Shown one piece after another: positions 28,831 to 38,554 of a stretch of 44,941 bases of DNA. Both the position numbers and the translations under genes were made by a program. How positions within the stretch are numbered: the stretch's first letter is position 1; each line of letters starts with the position of its first letter. Under the pieces are notes generated by a model. That model did not search any database, was not told where the DNA came from, and saw only the letters and a program-made list of their open reading frames with translations. This stretch comes from an uncultured Candidatus Saccharibacteria bacterium (GTDB lineage Bacteria; Patescibacteriota; Minisyncoccia; Minisyncoccales; GWA2-38-27), in assembly GCA_964583485.1 (NCBI GenBank), contig CAZOVC010000004.1:1-44941 (forward strand), given 5' to 3'.

Positions 28831-29052
28831 TTAAGATTTTTCAATGCGAATGCATTGAACTGGACAGGCCTCAACTGCGTTTTGATTACATTCAACTTCT
28901 CCAATATCTAATTCGTAATTCTCGTTCTTAGAATTAAATTCTGAGCCAATTAATTTAGCTTTTCCATTGCTATCCATTTCCCAATATTTTGGGCATATTG
29001 CTGCGCAAGAACCACAACCAATACACTTTTTATGCTCTTGGACAATTTTCAT
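28831..29052 (-). CDS. ferredoxin
   Basis: CIGCGSCAAICP ... CPVQCI. Confidence 0.92.
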   Translation of the reverse strand: MKIVQEHKKCIGCGSCAAICPKYWEMDSNGKAKLIGSEFNSKNENYELDIGEVECNQNAVEACPVQCIRIEKS

Positions 29053-29056
29053 ATAG

Positions 29057-29497
29057 TTATTTTATTAAAAAATCGTTGGAATAGAGCTTTTGACCTTCTT
29101 TAAAAACTTCATTAGTATTACATCCAATACAAGCTGAAATGCCAATCCTATGGAATCCTGTTTCAATGAAAGGTATAACAAGCTCAAATGCTTTAACTTG
29201 TCTTGAGTCAATACAGCTCTCGTTTAAATTTCTATCCAGGCAATCTTCATAACGGTAAGAGCTCCATTCTCCGTTTTTCTTCTCAATATTATAAGGATAA
29301 CAAGAAGAAAAACAAATACTTTCCTTTAAATTATTTTCAATTTTTACTTTTAAAACGTCTCCTGCTCTATATTCTTTTGCGTTAGTAATAATATCTACCT
29401 TTTCAGAAACCTCTGGAGGAATTAACAAAGCTGCTAAAATTATTAAACCCAAAACAATTAGACCCGCTAATATTATTAAAATATCTTTTTTGGTCAT
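29057..29497 (-). CDS. hypothetical membrane-anchored protein with Cys pairs
   Basis: N-terminal TM, beta-rich domain; ATGA-coupled to fba. Confidence 0.75.
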   Translation of the reverse strand: MTKKDILIILAGLIVLGLIILAALLIPPEVSEKVDIITNAKEYRAGDVLKVKIENNLKESICFSSCYPYNIEKKNGEWSSYRYEDCLDRNLNESCIDSRQVKAFELVIPFIETGFHRIGISACIGCNTNEVFKEGQKLYSNDFLIK

Positions 29498-30294
29498 ATT
29501 TTCACCCGATTAAATAATTTCAATTTTTCTTCAACCTTTTCCTGAACAGCTTTCTGAACTTTAGGCAAAATCTTATAAGGTTTAATTTCTTGAGCTTTTA
29601 AGCTCTTTGCCAAAGTTCTTTTCCAAACTAATCTTAATTCAGTATTAATATTGATTTTAACAATCCCGGACTTAATCACCTTTCTAATCTGAAAATTTGA
29701 AATTCCTGATCCTCCATGAAGAACCAAAAAAGCATTTACCCTGTTATTGATTTCTTTTAATCTTTCGAAATCAAGTTTTGGGTTTTTATACATACCATGA
29801 ACATTCCCTATTGCTATTGCCAAACTATCTACTTTTGTTTCTTTAATAAACTTTTCTGCCTCTTTTGGAAAAGTTGAACCTCCTTTTTTAATAGGATCTA
29901 ATTCTCCTTCAACTAAAACCCCTTTCTTATGAGCATACTCTACTACTTTTTTAGCATATCTTATATTTTTTTCAAGTGGCAAGCCGGAACCATCAAAATG
30001 AACTGCTGAATATCCAAAATCAATAGCTTTTTTAATATAATCTAAATCCTGGCCATGGTCAAGATTTAAAAACGCAGAAACCTTGTATTTAATTTTAGAA
30101 ATCTCAACTAAAGCTAAAATCTCTTCTAGGCCTAAAAACTTACTTTCTCCTTCAGATGTCCCAAGAATCACCGGGCTTTTCATTTTCTGAGCAGCTGCTA
30201 AAATCCCTCTCAATTGTTCAAAGGTTGAGAAATTAAACTGGCCAATAGCAAACTTTTGTTTTTGGGCTTTTTCTAAATAATCTTTTAATTGCAT
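29494..30294 (-). CDS. fba: class II fructose-bisphosphate aldolase
   Basis: LDHG, FDGS, GNVHG, LHGGSG, KININT. Confidence 0.92.
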   Translation of the reverse strand: MQLKDYLEKAQKQKFAIGQFNFSTFEQLRGILAAAQKMKSPVILGTSEGESKFLGLEEILALVEISKIKYKVSAFLNLDHGQDLDYIKKAIDFGYSAVHFDGSGLPLEKNIRYAKKVVEYAHKKGVLVEGELDPIKKGGSTFPKEAEKFIKETKVDSLAIAIGNVHGMYKNPKLDFERLKEINNRVNAFLVLHGGSGISNFQIRKVIKSGIVKININTELRLVWKRTLAKSLKAQEIKPYKILPKVQKAVQEKVEEKLKLFNRVKI

Positions 30295-31271
30295 AACTTC
30301 TTTTTCTCTATATTTATTTTTCTAAATTTCTCATTATTTTTTAATAATCCTTGTTTAGCTCCCCATTGTTGCATACAAGATGCTGAATTAGCTACAGCTA
30401 ACTGAATAGCATATTCTATATCTTCTTTTTTAATAAATCCGGAAACAAAACCAGAAGTAAAGGCATCGCCGGCGCCTGTTTTATCAGCTATTTTTATTGT
30501 TGGCGTTTTAGTTTGATAAAGATTTTTATTATCAGAAATTAATGTTCCTTTAGAAGATCCTATTATAGTAATACCAGAACACATTTTATCAAGTTTTTTA
30601 AAAATTTCTCTTTTTTGTTTATAAGGAATTTTAGTTAATAAACTAGCTTCTTCTTGATTTAAAAACAAAACATTAATCTTTTTAAGAATTGTTTTAAGCG
30701 TTGCTGTAGGCGAAGAAAGCTGAGAATTACCAGGATTAAAAGCAATTTTAATCTTGTTTTTGGAAGCGAAATCAATAATGTCTTTGGTGAGTTTAGACGC
30801 TTTTCCTGAAAGCGGAGCTAAATAAAACCATTTTGTTTTTTTTAATTTCTTCCAAGGAATATTTTTCTCCCCCAAAAGCTCTGAAGCTCCTCTATAAGCT
30901 AAAACAGTCCTCGCCTTATTAGAACCAGTGTTGAAAATAACCGAATAATTAGTTGGTTTTAAATTTGTTTTGGAAACGAAACGAGTACTTATGCCAATTT
31001 TTTTTAATTCTTTAATAATTTCTTCACCTGCTAAATCCTTTCCTATTGTTCCAAAATAAGCTGTTCTAAATCCTTGTTTAACAAAAGTAGCTGCTGTATT
31101 AGTTCCTCCTCCGCCGGAAAAAAGATAAATATCTTCAACATCAACTTTTGAACCCAAATTAAAACAAATTCCTTTGCCTTTAATAAATTGTTTGCTTTTC
31201 AGCTCTTCATAATTTTTCGGTTTCAAAAAAACATCCCAAGTAGCCGACCCAAAAGTTATAATATCATACAT
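30285..31271 (-). CDS. PfkB family carbohydrate kinase
   Basis: GGGGTNTA, DKTGAGDAF. Confidence 0.92.
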   Translation of the reverse strand: MYDIITFGSATWDVFLKPKNYEELKSKQFIKGKGICFNLGSKVDVEDIYLFSGGGGTNTAATFVKQGFRTAYFGTIGKDLAGEEIIKELKKIGISTRFVSKTNLKPTNYSVIFNTGSNKARTVLAYRGASELLGEKNIPWKKLKKTKWFYLAPLSGKASKLTKDIIDFASKNKIKIAFNPGNSQLSSPTATLKTILKKINVLFLNQEEASLLTKIPYKQKREIFKKLDKMCSGITIIGSSKGTLISDNKNLYQTKTPTIKIADKTGAGDAFTSGFVSGFIKKEDIEYAIQLAVANSASCMQQWGAKQGLLKNNEKFRKINIEKKKLCN

Positions 31272-31293
31272 AATAAATTTAAATATTTAATAA

Positions 31294-31824
31294 TTATGGA
31301 CATCCGCAACAACTCCACCCATAAGTACAATTGGCATCATGGATGCCACCACAAATCTTATATCTCTCTCCATTTTCTAAATCAACGCACAAACTATAGC
31401 ATTGATCTTGGCCTTGACTTGTATAGCGATAATAATGAGAGGTGTTATTCAGCGGATCAACAGGAAGCTTAACTATATATCCTCCCCCAACTAAAGCATC
31501 TTTTATAAAAGCGTGAGCTGGAACCGTGTCATGATCTGACCAATCATCCTCATCACAAGGACAATTATTACAGGCGCCACGGCTTGTATCACCACAACAG
31601 GCCGTACTACCCCAGTTTGGATACTTATCATTATCATCATAATATAATTCCAAAGCCGTTTGAACAGCCCTTAATTCTTGCTTTCTTCTCGTATCTCTTG
31701 CTCTTTCTCTTGCTTTTCCCACACTCACTAAAACAATACTAGCAATCACTCCAATAATAGCAATAACAACTAATAATTCAATTAGGGTAAAAGATTTATT
31801 AAAAAATTTATACTTCTGTCCCAT
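31294..31824 (-). CDS. type IV pilin/GspG-like protein, Cys-rich
   Basis: KS-FTLIELLVVIAIIG, ARDTRR, LPVDP; start set at ATG 31824. Confidence 0.88.
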   Translation of the reverse strand: MGQKYKFFNKSFTLIELLVVIAIIGVIASIVLVSVGKARERARDTRRKQELRAVQTALELYYDDNDKYPNWGSTACCGDTSRGACNNCPCDEDDWSDHDTVPAHAFIKDALVGGGYIVKLPVDPLNNTSHYYRYTSQGQDQCYSLCVDLENGERYKICGGIHDANCTYGWSCCGCP

Positions 31825-31833
31825 TTTCTTATT

Positions 31834-31861
31834 CACTGCCGTGCGCTAGCGCACGGCAGTG
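31834..31861. repeat. perfect 28-bp palindrome (REP-like), copy 1
   Basis: cactgccgtgcgctagcgcacggcagtg. Confidence 0.9.
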
Positions 31862-32373
31862 CGTTTATTTTTATAAGAAGTTAAAGATGGTGTAAAAAGT
31901 AATGCTTCTTTTTCTTTAGATGAATCGTCATCTAAACTTTCTGAAACTTCATCAATTAAATTATGTAAAAGAAAATATAAGGGATATTGTTGTTTTACCT
32001 TTTCAAAATAAGATGTTTGAGTTTTTTCTTTTTTCTTTTGAATTTTTAATCTTCTTTTTCTATCTTTAAGTAATCTTTTAATTATTATTTTATATCCGTC
32101 TCCTTCTTTTGTTAAAACTTTTTGAACATTATTAATTTTTCCTGTACCAACTCCTAAAATTTGGGATATTTGATCATAAGTAAAATTAGCTGATAAAAGC
32201 GTTGCTACTTCTATTCTTCTCATTAAGGTTGCGATTTCATCAGCGGTTAATAAATCCTTAAAAAATAAACGTACTTCTTTTCTATCTTTCAAAGAATCTA
32301 TAACATCATAAAACTCTGCTATCATTTGAATCCTTTTTTTCTTTGGCAAATCATTTAGATGAAAAGTTCCCAT
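31846..32373 (-). CDS. YerC/YecD TrpR-related protein
   Basis: FFKDLLTADEI...RRIEVA.LL...TYDQI...LGVG; start set at ATG 32373. Confidence 0.85.
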   Translation of the reverse strand: MGTFHLNDLPKKKRIQMIAEFYDVIDSLKDRKEVRLFFKDLLTADEIATLMRRIEVATLLSANFTYDQISQILGVGTGKINNVQKVLTKEGDGYKIIIKRLLKDRKRRLKIQKKKEKTQTSYFEKVKQQYPLYFLLHNLIDEVSESLDDDSSKEKEALLFTPSLTSYKNKRTAVR

Positions 32374-32381
32374 ATTTATTT

Positions 32382-32409
32382 TACTACCGTACACTAATGC
32401 ACGGCAGTG
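32382..32409. repeat. degenerate copy 2 of the 28-bp palindrome
   Basis: tactaccgtacactaatgcacggcagtg, 22/28 identical. Confidence 0.8.
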
Positions 32410-32413
32410 TTTA

Positions 32414-34774
32414 TTATTTCTTTTTTGCTAAACTTAAAATTGTTTTGATTACTGTATCGGGATTTAAAGATATGCTTTCAATCCCTTGCTTTTGTAAAAA
32501 CTCTGCAAATTCTTCATATATTGAAGGCGCTTCGCCGCAGATTCCGCAGTATTTCTTCTTTTCTCGACAAATCTTAACAACCCTGCTAACCATTTCTTTT
32601 ACTGCTTCATTTCTTTCATCTCCAATATATGCAATTTGAGCATTATCTCTGTCTATGCCTAAAACTAATTGAGTAAGATCATTACTGCCAATAGACATAC
32701 CGTCAAAAATCTTCAAGAATTCTTCAGCTAAAATAACATTAGAAGGAATCTCGCACATCACATAAGTTTTTAGCTCACCGAGACCAAATTTTTTGATTAA
32801 ATCCTTTACTTTCTTGCCTTCTTCAATAGTTCTGCAAAACGGAACCATAACTGAAATATTTTCCAAGCCAAAAACATCTCTTGCCCTTTTTATTGCCTGA
32901 CATTCCATTTTAAAAGCCGGCTGAAAACTCTCATCAATATATCTGGAAGCTCCTCTAAAACCAAGCATTGGGTTTGACTCTTCTTTTTCAAAAAGTTCTC
33001 CGCCAATTAAATTTCTGTATTCATTAGTTTTAAAATCAGAAAATCTGACAATTACTTCTTTAGGATAAAAAGCAGCTCCTATCTGAGCAATTCCTTCAGC
33101 TAATTCTTTTATAAAGTACTCTTTTTTATCTTTATGTTCTATTGTTATCTGCCCAATTTTTTTCTTTAATTTTTTATTTTTTAAATCTTTATAGTGATAA
33201 AGTGCCAAAGGATGGACTTGAATTTTTTCAGCAATTATAAATTCTTCTCTGGTCAAACCCACGCCATTGTTGGGCAGAAATGAGGATTTGAAAGCGATTT
33301 CCGGCGCGCCGATATTGAGCATTATTTTTGTTTTTAAATTAGGAATCTTTTTTAAATCATATTCTTTAATCTCAAACAATATCTTGCCTTCAAAAACCCG
33401 GCCATTCAATCCTTGAGTGCAGTCAACAGTAACCATCCTGCCTGTTTTTAATATTTTGCTGGCATTTCTTGTTCCAACAATACTAGGAACACCGAGCTCA
33501 CGAGAAACTATTGCTGCATGACAAGTTTTTCCTCCTTCATCAGTAATAATTGCTGAAGCTAAGCGCATTATCGGCATCCAGTCAGGATCGGTCATTTTAG
33601 TTACTAAAACTTCTCCTTGTTTAAATTGACCAATCTTTGAAACATCAGAAATAACTCTTACCTTACCTGCGCCGATCTTATCGCCAATAGCAATGCCTGT
33701 TAAAATCGGTTTCTTTTTAGTTCTAATTTCATATTCTTTATAAGTTTTGCTGTTTTTTGGGGTATGAACTGTTTCAGGCCTTGACTGAACTATAAAAAGC
33801 TCGCCTGTTTTTCCGTCTTTAGCCCACTCAATATCCTGATGCTTTCCATAATGATCTTCAATTTTACAAGCCCATTGAGCCAAAACGAGAATATCTTTGT
33901 CATTCAAAGAAAATCTTAATTGATCTTTTTCTTTAACTTTTACTTCTTTTAATCCTCCTTTCTTGGCATAAATATACTTTTTAGTTTTCCTGCCTAAATT
34001 TTTAACAATTATTGATTTGAATCCTTTTTTAAGAGTTGGCTTAAAAACATAAAATTCATCAGGAGTAATCTTTCCTTTAACAATCATTTCCCCTATTCCC
34101 CAAATAGAATTAATTAAAACAACACCGGAAAAACCTGTCTCAGTATCCAAAGTAAAGATCACGCCGGAACAAGCCAGGTCGCTTCTAACCATTTTTTGAA
34201 CTCCAACTGAAAGAGCTATTTTTAAATGGTCAAATCCTTTTTCCTCACGATAAGAAATTGACCGGTCAGTAAATAAAGAAGCCATACATTTCTTAACAGA
34301 ATCCAATAACTGCTCTTCTCCCTTAACATTAAGAAATGTTTCCATCTGACCGGCAAAACTAGCAGTTGCCAAATCTTCAGCCGTAGCAGAAGAACGAACA
34401 GCTACGTCAACATTACTCTGCTTGTATTTCTTGCTAAGCTTTTTATATGATTTTATTATTTTCTTTCTTAAATCATTGGGAAATTCCGCATTAAGAATTA
34501 AATCTCTTGATGCTTTTCCGGTTTTTATTAAACTATCCAAGCTTTTAGGATTAAAGTTTTGGGAAATATTCTTTAATTCTTTATCAATTTTATTCTTTTT
34601 TAAAAAATACCAAAAGGACTTTGAAGTCAAACAAAAACCGTTTGGAATATTCACCTCTTGTTTAGTCAAACCCCTCACCATCTCGCCTAAAGAAGCATTC
34701 TTTCCCCCAACTAAAGCCCCGTCATCTTTATTTATTTCTTTATACCAAAGAATATATCTTAATTTTTTCAACAT
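32414..34774 (-). CDS. ppsA: phosphoenolpyruvate synthase
   Basis: VGGKNASLGEM, AVRSSATAED, QSRPETV, TCHAAIVSRE, SIGSNDLTQ. Confidence 0.97.
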   Translation of the reverse strand: MLKKLRYILWYKEINKDDGALVGGKNASLGEMVRGLTKQEVNIPNGFCLTSKSFWYFLKKNKIDKELKNISQNFNPKSLDSLIKTGKASRDLILNAEFPNDLRKKIIKSYKKLSKKYKQSNVDVAVRSSATAEDLATASFAGQMETFLNVKGEEQLLDSVKKCMASLFTDRSISYREEKGFDHLKIALSVGVQKMVRSDLACSGVIFTLDTETGFSGVVLINSIWGIGEMIVKGKITPDEFYVFKPTLKKGFKSIIVKNLGRKTKKYIYAKKGGLKEVKVKEKDQLRFSLNDKDILVLAQWACKIEDHYGKHQDIEWAKDGKTGELFIVQSRPETVHTPKNSKTYKEYEIRTKKKPILTGIAIGDKIGAGKVRVISDVSKIGQFKQGEVLVTKMTDPDWMPIMRLASAIITDEGGKTCHAAIVSRELGVPSIVGTRNASKILKTGRMVTVDCTQGLNGRVFEGKILFEIKEYDLKKIPNLKTKIMLNIGAPEIAFKSSFLPNNGVGLTREEFIIAEKIQVHPLALYHYKDLKNKKLKKKIGQITIEHKDKKEYFIKELAEGIAQIGAAFYPKEVIVRFSDFKTNEYRNLIGGELFEKEESNPMLGFRGASRYIDESFQPAFKMECQAIKRARDVFGLENISVMVPFCRTIEEGKKVKDLIKKFGLGELKTYVMCEIPSNVILAEEFLKIFDGMSIGSNDLTQLVLGIDRDNAQIAYIGDERNEAVKEMVSRVVKICREKKKYCGICGEAPSIYEEFAEFLQKQGIESISLNPDTVIKTILSLAKKK

Positions 34775-34864
34775 GTTATTATATTATATATATTATACCC
34801 CATTCCCAAAAATCAAAAAAGGTGGAAAACTAAAAAGCCGGGGTCAATGTATCCCGGCGTTTTT

Positions 34865-35338
34865 TTATAGGTTGAGTTTACGGAATTCAAATAATTTTGG
34901 TTCTTGGGATTCTCGCCATTTTTTATTAGGACTGGGTTTAAATACTATAAGTCCCTGCTTTTGAAAAAAGTTCTTGGCTCTAATATTATTCGCGAAAATA
35001 TCTAAAACAAGTATTTTATAAGCTTCTCTTTTAGCAAACTCCTTTATTTTCTTAAGCATTAATTCGGCTAAGCCCTTGCCCCTAAATTCTTTAGCCACAT
35101 AGAATCTTTTTATTAATCCTTTTGTTTTTGATAATCTTTTTATTCCTCCGCAAGCAATAATTTTTTTTCCTTTTTTAGCAATAAAAAATACTTCTTTGGG
35201 TCCTTTAAAAAATTCTTTTAGATTTTTAAATCCATAAATAAATCTTTTATCCCATCCCAACTCCTCAAAAATCCCTAAACAAAACTGATAGGCCTGTTTA
35301 ACGTCTTTCTCTTTAATTTTCTCGATTTTAATATCCAT
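34865..35338 (-). CDS. GNAT family N-acetyltransferase
   Basis: IKRFYV...FRGKGLA motif A. Confidence 0.9.
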   Translation of the reverse strand: MDIKIEKIKEKDVKQAYQFCLGIFEELGWDKRFIYGFKNLKEFFKGPKEVFFIAKKGKKIIACGGIKRLSKTKGLIKRFYVAKEFRGKGLAELMLKKIKEFAKREAYKILVLDIFANNIRAKNFFQKQGLIVFKPSPNKKWRESQEPKLFEFRKLNL

Positions 35339-35340
35339 CT

Positions 35341-37257
35341 TTATTTTTTAATAATCTTTTTGAGCTGGCTAACGCTTTCCGGATTAGCCAAAGTGCTTAA
35401 ATCGCCTAAGGATTCGCCAGTAAAGAGTTTTCTTAAAATTCTGCGCATTATTTTTCCTGATCTTGTTTTGGGCAAATCCTTAACAAGATAAACCTGCTTT
35501 GGCGTAGCAATCGGACCTATTTCTTTTCTTAATTGAAAAACCACCTGTTTTATTATCTGGTCCTGGGATTTCTTTACTTTAGAAACCACAAAAGCAATTG
35601 GAACCTGGCCTTTTATTTTATCATCAATTCCTACTACAGCGCATTCAGTAATATCTTTGTCTAAAGCAATAGCGCTCTCCATTTCTCCAGTGGTTAATCT
35701 GTGACCAGCCACTTTCATTACATCATCAGCCCTGCCAACAACCCTGATTAAGCCCTTTTCATCGCGATAAGCCCGGTCACTGGTAAAATATGTCTTTTTA
35801 CCGTAATGACTCCAATAAGTTTTTAAATACTTTTCTGGATTTTTATAAACACCGCGCAGAAGACCGGGACTAAACGGAGGAAGCAAAACTAAATTGCCTT
35901 CTTTGTTCGGACCTAATTTCCTGCCTTTTTCATCCAGTATTTCAAATCTTAAACCAGGAAAAGGCAAACCGGTAAAAGTTGGCTTGAACGGTCCGATTCC
36001 AGGCAAAGAAGTAATTAGGATTCCTCCGGTTTCTGTTTGCCACCAAGTATCAAGCAAAGGGCGTTTGGTTTTTCCGATTTCTTTGAAATACCATTTCCAG
36101 GCGGCCTCATCAATCGGCTCGCCAACCGAAGCAATAATCTGGAGAGTATCAAATTTACGGCCCTTAAGAAACTTTGTTCCGTATTTTTCAAACATTCTCA
36201 CAGCAGTGGGAGCAGTATAAAAAGTAGTTACTTTGTATTTTTCAATTATATCAGCCCACCTATTTGGTTCGGGCCAAGTAGGAAGACCTTCAAAAATTAT
36301 AAAAGTAGCGCCGGAAAGCAAAGGACCATAACAACTATAAGTATGGCCAGTGATCCAGCCAACATCGGCGGTGGACCAGAAGATATCATCGTCTTTTAAA
36401 TCAAATATCCACTTAGCAGTAGCATAAGCCTGCACAGTATAACCTGCGCAGGTATGCACACATCCCTTAGGTTTGCCAGTGCTTCCGCTGGTATAAAGTA
36501 TAAATAAAAGGTCTTCTGAATCCATTGACGCTGGTTCGCACTTATCGCTTTCTTTCTCAACTAATTCCTGCCACCACAAATCTCGGCCGGCCTTCATCTT
36601 AACTGGATTGCCTGCTCTTTTCTTAACAACAACTTTTTTCACATCTGTTTTTTTTATTCCTTCATCAGCATTTTTCTTCAAATCAATAATTTTACCTTTT
36701 CTATAATAACCGTCAGCAGTTATTAAAACTTTAGCCTTAGTGTCCTGAAGCCTTATTTGAAGAGCTTTAGAGCTAAAAGCTGAAAAAACAACAGAATGAA
36801 CGGCTCCAATGCGAGCACAGCCTAACATTGCTATTATTACTTCAGGAATCATAGGCAGATAAATACCAACCCGATCCCCTTTTTTAACTCCTAATTTCTT
36901 TAAACCATTAGCAAATTTATTAACTTCTCGGAATAAATCATAATAAGTAAAAACACGCTGTCTTTCTTCAATTGGTTCCGGCTCCCAGATTAGAGCTACT
37001 TTATTTTTTCTTTGTTCTAAATTCCTGTCCAAAGCATTTTGAGTAATATTTATTTTTCCTCCAGTAAACCACTGAAAATACGGAGGTTTATGAATAAAAA
37101 CTTTGTTCCACTTTTTAAACCAAAATAGCTCTTTGGCTAAATCCTCCCAAAACTTAACTGGATTTGCTTCAGCCTTATTATAAATTGATTTATCATTCAC
37201 CAAGGCCTTTTTCTGAAATTCCTTATCTGGGTAATATAAGTTTCCTTTTTTGAGCAT
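35341..37257 (-). CDS. acs: acetate--CoA ligase (AMP-forming)
   Basis: YTSGSTGKPKG, DTWWQTETG, PKTRSGKIMRR. Confidence 0.96.
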   Translation of the reverse strand: MLKKGNLYYPDKEFQKKALVNDKSIYNKAEANPVKFWEDLAKELFWFKKWNKVFIHKPPYFQWFTGGKINITQNALDRNLEQRKNKVALIWEPEPIEERQRVFTYYDLFREVNKFANGLKKLGVKKGDRVGIYLPMIPEVIIAMLGCARIGAVHSVVFSAFSSKALQIRLQDTKAKVLITADGYYRKGKIIDLKKNADEGIKKTDVKKVVVKKRAGNPVKMKAGRDLWWQELVEKESDKCEPASMDSEDLLFILYTSGSTGKPKGCVHTCAGYTVQAYATAKWIFDLKDDDIFWSTADVGWITGHTYSCYGPLLSGATFIIFEGLPTWPEPNRWADIIEKYKVTTFYTAPTAVRMFEKYGTKFLKGRKFDTLQIIASVGEPIDEAAWKWYFKEIGKTKRPLLDTWWQTETGGILITSLPGIGPFKPTFTGLPFPGLRFEILDEKGRKLGPNKEGNLVLLPPFSPGLLRGVYKNPEKYLKTYWSHYGKKTYFTSDRAYRDEKGLIRVVGRADDVMKVAGHRLTTGEMESAIALDKDITECAVVGIDDKIKGQVPIAFVVSKVKKSQDQIIKQVVFQLRKEIGPIATPKQVYLVKDLPKTRSGKIMRRILRKLFTGESLGDLSTLANPESVSQLKKIIKK

Positions 37258-37289
37258 GTTATTTTATTATACATCATTTCCAAAAAAAA

Positions 37290-37317
37290 CAAAAAAGAGC
37301 GAATAATTCACTCTTTT
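37290..37317 (-). terminator. terminator after gap
   Basis: AAAAGAGUGAA-UUA-UUCGCUCUUUU. Confidence 0.7.
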
Positions 37318-37336
37318 CTAAATTTTCTATTTTCTA

Positions 37337-38308
37337 TTACAACTTCTTGCCTACAAATTCGGCAAACTCGGCCAACCGGCAGGCGTAGGCATATTCGTTG
37401 TCATACCAAGCAAGGACTTTAATTAAAGTATTATGCACATCTGTTAGCGACAAATCAACAACTGCAGAATAAGTATCTTCAATATAGTCAGTAGAAACTA
37501 ATGGTTCTTTTTCCACTCCTAAAATTCCTTTAAGCTCTTTTGATTTTGCTGCTTTTTTAAATACTTTATTAACCTCTGCTGCACTAGTTGCTTTCCTCAC
37601 CTGAACAACTAAGTCCACAATTGAAACAGTGGGAGTAGGAACCCTTATAGCAATTCCATCTAATTTTCCTTTTAATATAGGGATAATCTTGCCAATTGCT
37701 TTAGTGGCTCCGGTGCTGGTTGGAATAATATTTAAACCAGCGGCTCTTGTCCTTCTTAAGTCCTTGTGAGGCAAATCCAAAATTTTCTGGTCATTAGTAT
37801 AACTGTGAACAGTAGTCATAAAACCCTTAACAATCTTAAAATTATCATTTAAAACTTTTGATATTGGGGCTAAGCAATTAGTAGTGCAAGAACCCATATC
37901 CATAATATTATCTTTTTCAGCATTATATTTCTCTTCATTAACGCCCAAAACAAAACCTGGAATCTTTTTATCTTTTCCAGGAGCAGAAATAATTACTTTT
38001 TTAGCGCCTGCTTTAATATGTTTTTCAGCTCCTTTTAAATCAGTAAAACGACCAGTGCATTCTAAAACAATATCTACTCCTAGTTTCTTCCAGGGAAGTT
38101 TCTCCGGTTCTGCTTCGGCAAGCATATCGCCAGTAATTTCTTTATCATATCTTCCATATATAGAATCGTACTTCAAAAGATGAGCCAATGTTTTATTATC
38201 TGTTAAATCGTTAATAGCAACAACTTTCAAATCAGGATGGTTATCAAGGATTCTTCTAAATGTAGGACGGCCAATACGACCAAAACCATTGATAGCAATT
38301 TTTATCAT
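37337..38308 (-). CDS. gap: type I glyceraldehyde-3-phosphate dehydrogenase
   Basis: INGFGRIGR, SCTTNCLAP, WYDNE. Confidence 0.97.
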   Translation of the reverse strand: MIKIAINGFGRIGRPTFRRILDNHPDLKVVAINDLTDNKTLAHLLKYDSIYGRYDKEITGDMLAEAEPEKLPWKKLGVDIVLECTGRFTDLKGAEKHIKAGAKKVIISAPGKDKKIPGFVLGVNEEKYNAEKDNIMDMGSCTTNCLAPISKVLNDNFKIVKGFMTTVHSYTNDQKILDLPHKDLRRTRAAGLNIIPTSTGATKAIGKIIPILKGKLDGIAIRVPTPTVSIVDLVVQVRKATSAAEVNKVFKKAAKSKELKGILGVEKEPLVSTDYIEDTYSAVVDLSLTDVHNTLIKVLAWYDNEYAYACRLAEFAEFVGKKL

Positions 38309-38314
38309 AAAATG

Positions 38315-38554
38315 TTAATCTTTGATTTTTAACAATTGTATTATTTTTTCTCTATCAAACCCAATAACGACCTGTCCGTCAATTTCAATCACAGGTACTC
38401 CCATTTGGCCTGATTTTTCAACCATTTCATCCAAAGCTGTTTTATTTTGCGAAACATCAATATCTTCAAACTCAATATTATGCTCTTTTAAAAACTCTTT
38501 TAAAGTTACGCAATAGGGACACATTGAAGTGGAAAAAACTTTTACTTTTGGCAT
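38315..38554 (-). CDS. glutaredoxin/NrdH-like redoxin
   Basis: CPYC, GVPV, GFD. Confidence 0.92.
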   Translation of the reverse strand: MPKVKVFSTSMCPYCVTLKEFLKEHNIEFEDIDVSQNKTALDEMVEKSGQMGVPVIEIDGQVVIGFDREKIIQLLKIKD

